A stretch of DNA of 37,405 bases from a virus (Duplodnaviria; Caudoviricetes): IMG/VR virus record IMGVR_UViG_3300027754_000223, positions 1 to 37,405 of that record. One strand, 5' to 3'. Below, piece after piece: positions 1-8,203 of the stretch. The position numbers and the translations under genes are program-made. How positions within the stretch are numbered: position 1 is the stretch's first letter; each line of letters opens with the position of its first letter. A model generated the notes under the pieces. The model was given only the letters and a program-made list of their open reading frames with translations, had not been told where the DNA came from and searched no databases.

Positions 1-1
1 T

Positions 2-373
2 ATTGTGGTGGATACATTAACAGGGATATGGAAAGCTAAAAAATTAAAGATTAAAATTACATCTAGGAAGTTATCTGCTATAATATCTAAATTAATGCTT
101 TATGAGGTGGCCGTTATTGGTTTCTACCTGATAGATTATTGGATACTTAATGATATTATTTTAAAGTTTTTTTCAGTGCCTCTAATGCTAACAAAAATAC
201 TTAGTCTTATACTATGTAGCATAGAAGTGATGAGCATAAATGAAAACTACAAAGCAGTTAAAGGTATTGATATTTGGCAGGGTATGAAAAACTTATTTGC
301 CAGGGCTAAAGAAATTAAATCAGATATAAATGGAATTAGACATAACGAAGATAGTACAACAGAGACTATCTAA
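2..373 (+). CDS. Holin, 5'-truncated by the window edge (allele of 27733..28224)
   Basis: Hydrophobic segments and a DTLTGIWKA motif typical of phage holin 4-like proteins; directly upstream of the amidase. Confidence 0.75.
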   Translation: MVVDTLTGIWKAKKLKIKITSRKLSAIISKLMLYEVAVIGFYLIDYWILNDIILKFFSVPLMLTKILSLILCSIEVMSINENYKAVKGIDIWQGMKNLFARAKEIKSDINGIRHNEDSTTETI

Positions 374-977
374 AGATCAGTACGTAGATGAGCTTACAGA
401 TAAAAGGCAGATCTATTTACACCATACAGCAGGTGGACCAGATGCAGTATCTGTAGCTAACTTTTTTAATCAGCAAGTAGGAAGGGTAGCAACTGCTTTT
501 ATCATTGGTTCCAAGGGCACAATAGTGCAATGCTTCAGCTCCAAAAATTGGGCTTATCACCTAGGCCTTAAGCAAGAGGTGTTTAGTGAAGCAGGAGTAA
601 CTTACAAGAGCTTGGATAGAATGTCTATAGGCATAGAGATCTGTAACTATGGACCACTAACTAAAAAGAATGGATATTACTATAACTATGTAGGTGGTAA
701 AGTAGATTACACTCAGCTAACTATCTTAGACAAACCATACAAAGGGCACATCTATTGGCAAATGTACACAGATGCACAAATAGAGTCTACCCGACAGCTT
801 CTAGTTTACCTTTGTGATCAGTACAATATCCCTAGAGATTACTTTGCTACCATCTTTGATATTGATAAACGTGCTTTGAGGGGTGAAGCAGGTATATTTA
901 CACACAATTCAGTGAGGCATGATAAGAGTGATATATACCCATGCCCACGTATGATAGCAATGCTAGAGAATTTATGA
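330..977 (+). CDS. Endolysin, N-acetylmuramoyl-L-alanine amidase (Amidase_2 type)
   Basis: IYLHHTAG, WAYH, SIGIEICN and THNSV..DKSDIYP zinc amidase motifs. Confidence 0.9.
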   Translation: MELDITKIVQQRLSKDQYVDELTDKRQIYLHHTAGGPDAVSVANFFNQQVGRVATAFIIGSKGTIVQCFSSKNWAYHLGLKQEVFSEAGVTYKSLDRMSIGIEICNYGPLTKKNGYYYNYVGGKVDYTQLTILDKPYKGHIYWQMYTDAQIESTRQLLVYLCDQYNIPRDYFATIFDIDKRALRGEAGIFTHNSVRHDKSDIYPCPRMIAMLENL

Positions 978-1435
978 GATACATCATACCAATTATAGCA
1001 CTATGCCTATTAGGCTCCTGCTCAGATGCTAAAAAAGCACAGTACCACTACAAAAAAGCTGTTAAGTTTGGCTTAAGTATAGCAAATGATACTATCAAAA
1101 TTAATACTATAGATAGCTTTGCAGTGATACGTAATGATACGCTTATATACGAAAAATTCATAACCACTAAAGATACTATTATAGAGATCCTAGAAATGCC
1201 TAAGACCAGGTATCAGACCAGGATAGAATACAGGTACAAAACTAAGGTGCTAAAACAGGATGTACTGAAATATAAGTACATATATAAGGAAGCTAAAGAG
1301 CAGCGTAAAGAGGTACAGCTAACTAAGGCCAAAACTAATTGGTTATTATTCTTTATAGGATTTGGCTGTGGGATAGCTCTATTTTTTATCCTAAGACTGC
1401 TAGACAAATTATACAACCCCTTTAAAAAACTTTAA
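974..1435 (+). CDS. Lipoprotein with C-terminal TM helix, putative unimolecular spanin
   Basis: Start moved to the ATG at 974 (ATGA overlap with the amidase stop, as in copy 2). Signal peptide with lipobox LGSC and a C-terminal TM WLLFFIGFGCGIALFFIL. Confidence 0.7.
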   Translation: MRYIIPIIALCLLGSCSDAKKAQYHYKKAVKFGLSIANDTIKINTIDSFAVIRNDTLIYEKFITTKDTIIEILEMPKTRYQTRIEYRYKTKVLKQDVLKYKYIYKEAKEQRKEVQLTKAKTNWLLFFIGFGCGIALFFILRLLDKLYNPFKKL

Positions 1436-2310
1436 TGATAAGACACTCAAAAAATGTTCACGAGCTTTCACTAGAAGGCAGTGAAGTAAGGATAGCTATG
1501 CTTAGTGATTTGCACTGGGATAACCCTCATTGTGATAGAGATATGCTAAAGAGACACCTAGACCATTGTGTTAAAGAGAATATACCGGTAATGATTAATG
1601 GTGATATGTTCTGCTTAATGCAAGGGAGGGGAGATAATAGACGTAATAAATCTGATATAAGACCTGAGCACAATAATGCTATGTATTTAGACTCTATAGT
1701 GAACACAGCTGTGGAATGGTTCCTACCCTATGCACATATCATTAAGCTAATAGGTTATGGTAACCATGAGACAAGTATAATAAAATTTCAAGAGACTGAT
1801 ATCCTGCAGAGATTTGTAGATATCCTGAACTTTAAAGCAAAATCTAATATACAAGTAGGAGGCTATGGTGGGTGGTTAGTAGTTAAGCAGGTTTATAGCC
1901 CTGGCAATACTACCTCTTTTACTACTAAAATCAAATACTTTCATGGATCAGGGGGTGGTGGTATAGTTACCAAAGGTGCAATCAATTTAACCAGGGCTCT
2001 AGAAACTTATGAGAACTTTGATGTATTTACAATGGGCCACATACATGAAAATTCATGCAGAAATGATGTTAGGGATACATTAGATCAGCATCCTGTAACA
2101 GGATACACACTTAAGCAAAAACAATTACACTTAATGCTCACAGGAACTTACAAAGAGGAGTATGGTGATGGCTCCCATGGATGGCATGTAGAACGTGGAG
2201 CTCCCATTAAGCCATTAGGTGGTAGGATACTTACAATAAAATGTGGTAGAGAGACTACAGGAGATAGAAAATCTATAAAATTTATTGATAGTCACAAATT
2301 TAATTTGTAA
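1435..2310 (+). CDS. Calcineurin-like metallophosphoesterase
   Basis: SDLH, NGD, GNHE, FHG and GHIH motifs in canonical order. Confidence 0.88.
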   Translation: MIRHSKNVHELSLEGSEVRIAMLSDLHWDNPHCDRDMLKRHLDHCVKENIPVMINGDMFCLMQGRGDNRRNKSDIRPEHNNAMYLDSIVNTAVEWFLPYAHIIKLIGYGNHETSIIKFQETDILQRFVDILNFKAKSNIQVGGYGGWLVVKQVYSPGNTTSFTTKIKYFHGSGGGGIVTKGAINLTRALETYENFDVFTMGHIHENSCRNDVRDTLDQHPVTGYTLKQKQLHLMLTGTYKEEYGDGSHGWHVERGAPIKPLGGRILTIKCGRETTGDRKSIKFIDSHKFNL

Positions 2311-2315
2311 GTTTG
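2285..2315 (+). promoter_or_regulatory. Bacteroidota sigma70-type promoter (TTG-N20-TAAGTTTG) upstream of the hairpin RNA
   Basis: TTG at 2285-2287 and TAnnTTTG at 2308-2315. No ORF lies between it and the terminator. Confidence 0.55.
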
Positions 2316-2319
2316 CAAC

Positions 2320-2386
2320 AGGTTTTGTATTAATAAACTCATAGCCCCCTGTATCTTTGGTTAGTTTGGCAGGGGGTTATTTTTTT
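2320..2386 (+). ncRNA. Candidate ~65-nt small RNA with a single-stranded TTGGTTAGTTTG loop
   Basis: Bounded by a promoter motif and an intrinsic terminator. The loop is complementary to three early-gene leaders. Confidence 0.5.
2341..2386 (+). terminator. Intrinsic terminator with an unusually large 16-nt loop
   Basis: Stem ATAGCCCCCTGT/GCAGGGGGTTAT followed by a T-run. Confidence 0.8.
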
Positions 2387-2649
2387 GTCCTAATTCTACA
2401 AAGATTTGTGACACAATTTTACGGTAAAAGCAAACTACTACCGAGGATTTGTAAAGTTGGTTATAACCAACATAGTAGCTAGAATGGTGGCATAATGTAT
2501 AATATAGCTAACATATTACCCACTTTTTGTCAAGTATATTTAAGGTTATCACCTTACTTCTCATGTATAAATTCAGGCTATTCCTTTACATTACTTATTT
2601 AGAATGATTATTGATAACGTATTTATGTAAACAATTAAATGTTTGTACG

Positions 2650-2657
2650 TATATTTG
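2650..2657 (+). promoter_or_regulatory. Host-type -7 promoter element TATATTTG for the early operon
   Basis: Matches TAnnTTTG, 26 nt upstream of the ATG at 2684. Confidence 0.65.
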
Positions 2658-2683
2658 ACCATTACTAATTTAAACTAACCAAT

Positions 2684-2863
2684 ATGAATGATCAAAAACT
2701 GACAGCTGTTGAGTACCTACTCCAGCAAATTAACACTAACACTGCTTTTACTGACAAGCAATGGGAGAGTATCTGCGAATTAGCTCTAGCTATGGAAAGA
2801 TCACAGCTTATACTTGCAGAAATCAAAGCTACTGACAAAGTTTACAAAATTCAAAGAAAATGA
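2684..2863 (+). CDS. Small early protein, 59 aa (MNDQKLTAVEYLLQQ...)
   Basis: Translated by hand; below the ORF track cut-off. A-rich leader and ATGA coupling to the next ORF. Similar to 36506..36700. Confidence 0.75.
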   Translation: MNDQKLTAVEYLLQQINTNTAFTDKQWESICELALAMERSQLILAEIKATDKVYKIQRK

Positions 2864-2997
2864 GAAAGAAAATATCCGACCTTATCTATTACTTTACACC
2901 CCTCACTGATGAGCATAGAGACATTTTAAGCACTGCTATGGTGTTTATATTGTTTTGGGTGGCAGTCTATACATTTGCATACATTACTAACCTTTAA
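2860..2997 (+). CDS. Small membrane protein, 45 aa
   Basis: MRKKISDLIYYFTPLTDEHRDILSTAMVFILFWVAVYTFAYITNL; ATGA overlap and a C-terminal TM. Confidence 0.7.
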   Translation: MRKKISDLIYYFTPLTDEHRDILSTAMVFILFWVAVYTFAYITNL

Positions 2998-3008
2998 AAC
3001 GCTTTAAA

Positions 3009-3341
3009 ATGAACCTAGAAGACTTACAAGTAGAAAAGTACACAGCATCCATTTGGTATGAAACCTATCACATTGAATTTATCCTTGATTTTGAGTGGAG
3101 CTTTACCTCATTTGATGAGGAAACTAATGAAACCACAGTTAGCATTTGGCTAGATAAGGGTGAGCAGTGGTGTAACAACGTATGCCATCCCTACACCCCT
3201 AACTCAGAAGAGCTAAAAGAATTAAAGACAGCTATAGAGGATAGCATACTAGAAGATCCTGATAGATTTGATGTATGGCAGTGGCACCTAGATAACAAAG
3301 AGTATCAGAACGAACTAAATAATGATAGAGATGATAGATAA
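3009..3341 (+). CDS. Acidic hypothetical protein, 110 aa
   Basis: ORF in the early operon, strongly D/E-rich. Confidence 0.75.
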   Translation: MNLEDLQVEKYTASIWYETYHIEFILDFEWSFTSFDEETNETTVSIWLDKGEQWCNNVCHPYTPNSEELKELKTAIEDSILEDPDRFDVWQWHLDNKEYQNELNNDRDDR

Positions 3342-3498
3342 CACAGCACCAGTACCTACTAACTTTAGCCTACAGACTAAAATAGAGTGGTGGAAAAATA
3401 AAAAGAGCGAAGGAGATAAAGGGGGGAGCTTTAACCTACAGCTTTACCTAGACTACCTCAGCTTACAGGATCATAAACCTAAAGACCAGGAGAAATGA
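3331..3498 (+). CDS. Hypothetical protein, 55 aa (alternative start 3322)
   Basis: Hand translation MIDNTAPVPTNFSLQTKIEWW...; tiles between its neighbours. Confidence 0.65.
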   Translation: MIDNTAPVPTNFSLQTKIEWWKNKKSEGDKGGSFNLQLYLDYLSLQDHKPKDQEK

Positions 3499-3650
3499 AA
3501 CGCTTTAAAGTAACCTATAACTATTTTGATGGTGGTAAAAAGAGGGTAGCTGTCAGGATCTTAGAGGCCCTGGATAGAGACCACGCAATAATGATTATGG
3601 CTATGTGGCCTAAACTAATACTAAAAGTAGAACAGTATGAAAAAATATAG
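3495..3650 (+). CDS. Hypothetical protein, 51 aa
   Basis: MKRFKVTYNYFDGGKKRVAVRILEALDRDHA...; ATGA overlap. Confidence 0.7.
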   Translation: MKRFKVTYNYFDGGKKRVAVRILEALDRDHAIMIMAMWPKLILKVEQYEKI

Positions 3651-3807
3651 AGTATGGATAGATGATAGGATGGAGCCTGAAGGTGGCTTTTGGTGGGAGT
3701 GCTTCCTAGGTAAAGATGGTAAGCTGCATGATTACATCTACACAGATGAGCAAGCAGATACACCACAGTGGTATATTGATAATGGCTATAAAGTAGAAGA
3801 GCTATGA
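3637..3807 (+). CDS. Hypothetical protein, 56 aa
   Basis: MKKYRVWIDDRMEPEGGFWWECF...; its stop overlaps the ATG at 3804. Confidence 0.7.
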   Translation: MKKYRVWIDDRMEPEGGFWWECFLGKDGKLHDYIYTDEQADTPQWYIDNGYKVEEL

Positions 3808-4424
3808 ATGTAAAGATAGAAGTAATTAAAAGGTACCCATTTGAAAGCACTGCTCTATTAGCTAAGGAATTAGGCCTAACAATATCACAGGTGTATAATT
3901 ACGCATGGGCCTATAAGATACATAAGGATCCTATTTACCTAAAGACTGCAGCAAGTGGTAGATATAAAGCAGGGATGAGAAGTGGTGAGGCCTTCCAATT
4001 TAAGCCAGGGCATATCCCAAAAAACAAAGGGGTAAAGATGCCTGCAGAAACTTATGAGAAGGTGAAACCTACCATGTATAAGAAAGGTAACAAGCCAGCT
4101 AACACTCAACCCATTGGAACCATCCACAATAGAGCTGATAAAACAGGTAGACTGTACCAATATATCAAAATTAAAGATAGTCATTGGGAACTCCTGCAGA
4201 GGCACGTATGGACTCAGGCAAATGGTGAGATACCAAAAGGATGTGTTATCAATTTTATAGATGGGAACTTTATGAATTGTGAGCTCAGTAACTTACAAGT
4301 AAAGACCAGGGCAGAAATGGCAATAATGAACAGTATACACAGATACCCTGCAGAGGTTAGGGATCTAATTAAATTAACTAATAAATTAAAAAGTAAAACA
4401 AATGGCAAACAACAAACTAAGTGA
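3804..4424 (+). CDS. HNH-family endonuclease-like protein with N-terminal HTH
   Basis: FKPGHIPKNKG/YKKGNKPAN repeats and an RHVW..NGEIPKG.VI.FIDGN..N...SNL HNH_3-like core. Confidence 0.75.
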   Translation: MNVKIEVIKRYPFESTALLAKELGLTISQVYNYAWAYKIHKDPIYLKTAASGRYKAGMRSGEAFQFKPGHIPKNKGVKMPAETYEKVKPTMYKKGNKPANTQPIGTIHNRADKTGRLYQYIKIKDSHWELLQRHVWTQANGEIPKGCVINFIDGNFMNCELSNLQVKTRAEMAIMNSIHRYPAEVRDLIKLTNKLKSKTNGKQQTK

Positions 4425-4644
4425 TCTAAGAGATCATATATTCATGGCATTAGAAAGATTAGCAGATGAGGGGCTAACAAGTGAGCAGGTAGCTAGTGAA
4501 GTGGATAAGGCTAAAGCAATAGCTCAGCTATCATCTACCATCATAGCCAGTGCAAAGGTGGAGATAGACTATATCAATGCAGTAGGATTAATAGATAGCC
4601 AAAGTGAGCTGTTTAAATCAGTAAACCCTAAATTACTATCATGA
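4402..4644 (+). CDS. Hypothetical phage protein, 80 aa
   Basis: Helical ORF (NKLSDLRDHIFMALERL) overlapping the end of the HNH gene. Confidence 0.75.
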   Translation: MANNKLSDLRDHIFMALERLADEGLTSEQVASEVDKAKAIAQLSSTIIASAKVEIDYINAVGLIDSQSELFKSVNPKLLS

Positions 4645-5003
4645 GTAGACTAGAAGAGGTGCAATATGTTATAGAAAAATATGACTTAAAACAAAAGGGT
4701 AGATATATGCACATGATCTATAAAAGATATTACCTATATAATGTGCTCAAAAAAGATGGTATGACCTTATCACAAATTGGTAGACTGTTTAATCAAAGCC
4801 ACTGTACTGTTTTGAATGGAATTAAAAAGCATGAGGATTACATGGCTTACAAAGATCCTGCTTACATGCTTCACACCAGGGACCTAAGGGAAACATTTGT
4901 ACTACCACAGTACTATAAGCCACTAAAACAAAGGATATTAGAGATATATACCATTGAGAAATTAGAAAAACTTAAAGAGCAGATCAGATGCAATTATTAC
5001 TAA
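4641..5003 (+). CDS. DnaA C-terminal-like helix-turn-helix DNA-binding protein
   Basis: MTLSQIGRLFNQSHCTVLNG resembles the DnaA domain IV signature (SL..IG..F..DHTTV). Confidence 0.7.
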   Translation: MSRLEEVQYVIEKYDLKQKGRYMHMIYKRYYLYNVLKKDGMTLSQIGRLFNQSHCTVLNGIKKHEDYMAYKDPAYMLHTRDLRETFVLPQYYKPLKQRILEIYTIEKLEKLKEQIRCNYY

Positions 5004-5005
5004 TT

Positions 5006-5187
5006 AATGACGCTGTGTCACATTCTCTTATTAACAGCTGCTGGAATAATTTTATTTTTTCAAAAGATTTTTTTTATTTTATTTTGCGTCATTTGCGTCA
5101 TAAAACTCTAATAGTCAATACTAGTATAGTTATTAGCCATGACAAGTGCTTAAAATTTGCGTCATTTTGCGTCATAAACTTGTCATG
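5006..5187. repeat. Iteron cluster and AT-rich tract, putative replication origin
   Basis: TTTGCGTCA at 5083, 5092, 5156 and 5166; inverted AATGACGC at 5006; inverted pair CATGACAAGT (5138)/ACTTGTCATG (5178); T-rich 5046-5085. Confidence 0.7.
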
Positions 5188-5200
5188 TAAAAATAATGAT

Positions 5201-5208
5201 TACATTTA
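5201..5208 (+). promoter_or_regulatory. Variant host-type promoter element TACATTTA before the primase
   Basis: One mismatch to TAnnTTTG, 18 nt upstream of the ATG at 5227. Confidence 0.4.
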
Positions 5209-5226
5209 CAGCCCAACTAACTAACT

Positions 5227-7551
5227 ATGAACATATCTGTATTTAAAAGCCTATTCAATTCTAAAGAAACTCCCTACACACAAGATGTGGTGGATGTTTA
5301 CAATAGGATAAAGGAAGGCTATCCTGAACTAATTGATAAGATAACTGCTCTTAGAGCTATGGATGAGGATGATCCTGCATACAGCAGCCTAAAGAACAGC
5401 CTTAGGGCTATCATGTTTAATGGGACCTTTAATGAACGTAATGATAATGGCCTTATTGAGCACTCAGGGCTTTGTATATTAGATTTTGATGATTACCCTA
5501 GCAGTAAGGTAATGAAAGCTGAGAAGGTTAGACTAATGGAGTGCCCTAATGTGTTTATGATATTTGTATCACCATCAGGTAAAGGGCTAAAGTGCGTGAT
5601 TAAGATACCACCATCTGATAAATTCACGCATAAGAGAAGGTTCAAAGCTTTTCAGGAGTTTATTGATAGTGATTACTTTGATGCATCTAGCTGTAATGTT
5701 AGTAGAGTATGCTTTGAGTCTTATGATCGTGGTGCCTATATAAATTTAGATGCTGAGGTATTTGATTTGATGGAAGAGGAGAAGGGCCACAGCTCATTTG
5801 AAAGGGTGCCAGTGCTACCCATGACTAATGAAGCTAATATCATTGAGAATATAATGAAGTTTAACCATGGAGATATATCAAATGGTAGAAATAATTGGGT
5901 ATTTAAAGTAGCTAACTGTTTTTGTGAGTATGGCATTAGTGAGAATACTGCTAAATTTTACCTTCATCAATATAGTGCTAAGGACTTTACTCAAATAGAA
6001 ATTAATACCTGTGTAGGATCTGCTTATAAAAACCCTAATAAAGGCACTAAGTATTTTGAGGATAAAGAAACTATCTTAAAGGTAAGGTCAAAACTAAAAG
6101 AGGGTATCTCACCTGGTGATATCTCTAAGCAATTAGATATTAAGCCTGATGTGGTAGAGGATGTTAAAAAGGATGTAGCTAATAGTGAGGATGTATTCTG
6201 GTCCATTAGTGATAAGAAAGTAGTTAGTGTAGATCCTATGAGATATCGTGATTTTCTGTACAAGTATGGCTTTAACAAATACTACCCTGAACGCTCAGAG
6301 AAACCCACCTTTGTGAGGGTAATAGAAAATAAAGTTAATTTATCCTCAGTGGACCAGGTAAAAGATTTTGTCTTAGCCTACCTAATGAAGCAGAAGCAGG
6401 TGGATGTATGGAATTACTGCAGTAAGTCACCCTACCTATTCACAGATGGCCACTTATCTATGCTAGAGCCTATTGGATTAATGATGCTGCAGGATACTAA
6501 GGATGTGAGCTTTATACCTTACCGTAATGGAGTAGTTAAGATTACTAAGAATAAGATAGATATTGTGCCCTACATTGATATAGATGGCTACATTTGGGAT
6601 AGGCAAATTATTGATAGGGATTACAAGCCAACTAAGAGCATAGAAAATGACTTTAAGAGCTTTGTATCTAAAGTATCTGCAGATGATGAGCAGAGGGTGA
6701 ATGCTTTAGAGACTACCCTAGGATATCTACTACATACCTACAAAGATAAAACAGATCAGAAGGCAATTATTTTTAATGATCAGGAAATAGATGATAATCC
6801 TAATGGGGGAAGTGGTAAGAGCTTAGTGCTTACAGCTATTGGTAAGATTAGAAATATAGTTAAAATAGATGGTAAAGCATTTAACCCACAGAAGTCAGAT
6901 TTTGTTTATCAGCGAGTAAATTTAGATAGTCAGATCCTGGCCTTTGATGATGTAAAGAAAGCATTTGACTTTGAGCAGCTATTTAGTTTAATATCAGAAG
7001 GGATAACAGTGAACAGAAAGAATAAGGATGAAATCTTTATACCATTTGAACGCTCACCAAAGATTGTGATTACTACCAACTATGTGATAAGTGGTGCCGG
7101 TGGTAGCCATGATAGGAGAAGGCATGAGATAGAGTTTAATCAGTACTTTAATGCACAGCGAAACCCACTAGATGAGTACGGTAGGTTATTATTTGACAGC
7201 TGGAGTGTGGTAGATTGGTTAGTATTTGATAACTACATGATCAGTAACCTGCAGAAATTCTTATCAATGGGCCTTGTTAAAGCTGTAGCAATTAATGCAG
7301 ATCACAAAAGATTTATCTCAGCTACTAATAAGGAATTTTATGATTACGCTATTGAGGGTAACATTACTTTAGATGCTATGCACTATAACAATACTTCTAT
7401 TCAGGACTTTCAGACTTACACAGGTGGATGGCAGGATCTTAATGCTCAAAGGTATTTAAAGATGGTTAATGAGTACTGTAAGTTTAAGGGGTACAATTTG
7501 AAAAAAGATAGGAATGTAGGAGGTAGATACTTTATAATTACTAAGATATGA
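5227..7551 (+). CDS. Primase-helicase (VirE-N/BT4734-like primase, PriCT-like domain, SF3-type helicase)
   Basis: SGLCILDFD and FVSPSGKGLK primase motifs, GRNN PriCT motif, Walker A GGSGKS, Walker B ILAFDD, IVITTN motif C. Confidence 0.88.
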   Translation: MNISVFKSLFNSKETPYTQDVVDVYNRIKEGYPELIDKITALRAMDEDDPAYSSLKNSLRAIMFNGTFNERNDNGLIEHSGLCILDFDDYPSSKVMKAEKVRLMECPNVFMIFVSPSGKGLKCVIKIPPSDKFTHKRRFKAFQEFIDSDYFDASSCNVSRVCFESYDRGAYINLDAEVFDLMEEEKGHSSFERVPVLPMTNEANIIENIMKFNHGDISNGRNNWVFKVANCFCEYGISENTAKFYLHQYSAKDFTQIEINTCVGSAYKNPNKGTKYFEDKETILKVRSKLKEGISPGDISKQLDIKPDVVEDVKKDVANSEDVFWSISDKKVVSVDPMRYRDFLYKYGFNKYYPERSEKPTFVRVIENKVNLSSVDQVKDFVLAYLMKQKQVDVWNYCSKSPYLFTDGHLSMLEPIGLMMLQDTKDVSFIPYRNGVVKITKNKIDIVPYIDIDGYIWDRQIIDRDYKPTKSIENDFKSFVSKVSADDEQRVNALETTLGYLLHTYKDKTDQKAIIFNDQEIDDNPNGGSGKSLVLTAIGKIRNIVKIDGKAFNPQKSDFVYQRVNLDSQILAFDDVKKAFDFEQLFSLISEGITVNRKNKDEIFIPFERSPKIVITTNYVISGAGGSHDRRRHEIEFNQYFNAQRNPLDEYGRLLFDSWSVVDWLVFDNYMISNLQKFLSMGLVKAVAINADHKRFISATNKEFYDYAIEGNITLDAMHYNNTSIQDFQTYTGGWQDLNAQRYLKMVNEYCKFKGYNLKKDRNVGGRYFIITKI

Positions 7552-7751
7552 TACAGATTGGAGATACAATACATGATATTGAGGATGGTGACTGCTATTT
7601 TGAAGGTATAGTTTCTGAATTAATTAATGATAAAGTAACGAAATACATACTAACTAAAATAATTTGGAGTGGAGAGATTGATAATGATGATGAGAGATTA
7701 AATACAGAAATAGATACACAATGGTGGTATATTAATAAAATTGAACTATGA
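7548..7751 (+). CDS. Hypothetical protein, 67 aa (replaced by an MTase in copy 2)
   Basis: ATGA-coupled on both sides. Confidence 0.7.
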   Translation: MIQIGDTIHDIEDGDCYFEGIVSELINDKVTKYILTKIIWSGEIDNDDERLNTEIDTQWWYINKIEL

Positions 7752-8203
7752 ACAAAGAAAACAAAGCTAGACTAAAGGATCTAGAAATTAAGTACATGAG
7801 CTACCGGTACCCATCAGCACCAGGGCACATCATACCACTAACTAAGTACAGTGATGCTACAGCTAATGGATTGACTAAATGTATCAAAGACTTCCTAAAC
7901 TTCTCACAGCACCAAGCTGAAAGGATTAATACAATGGGAGTATTTAGGCAAAGCTACAGAACTGATGGAAGTAAGACTGCAGGGCAGTGGACAAAGGGCA
8001 CAGGCACTCCAGGATCTGCAGATATCTCTGCTACTATTTATGGTAGATCTGTAAAGATAGAAGTTAAGATTGGTAAGGATAAGCAGTCAGTGGTGCAGAA
8101 GGAATACCAACAGATGATTGAAGCTGCAGGGGGTATCTATATCATAAGCAAGACCTTTGATGATTTTGTGCAGTGGTATGATGATTTTAGCACTAAAATA
8201 TAA
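7748..8203 (+). CDS. VRR-NUC / PD-(D/E)XK nuclease, putative Holliday junction resolvase
   Basis: GSADI...KIEVK...QS..Q motif pattern. Confidence 0.8.
   Translation: MNKENKARLKDLEIKYMSYRYPSAPGHIIPLTKYSDATANGLTKCIKDFLNFSQHQAERINTMGVFRQSYRTDGSKTAGQWTKGTGTPGSADISATIYGRSVKIEVKIGKDKQSVVQKEYQQMIEAAGGIYIISKTFDDFVQWYDDFSTKI

Noticed and set aside
2479-2510. TAATATAGCTA as a sixth late promoter
   Set aside because: It has a core mismatch, no ACA at the 16-nt spacing and no ATG following.
2311-2683. CRISPR array or tRNA in the long intergenic region
   Set aside because: No recurring direct repeat with spacers and no cloverleaf/T-loop signature; no cas genes.
4988-5224. 78-aa ORF in the track (also 32830..33066)
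   Set aside because: It overlies the iteron/T-rich region and its low-complexity translation follows the repeats; better explained as a non-coding origin.
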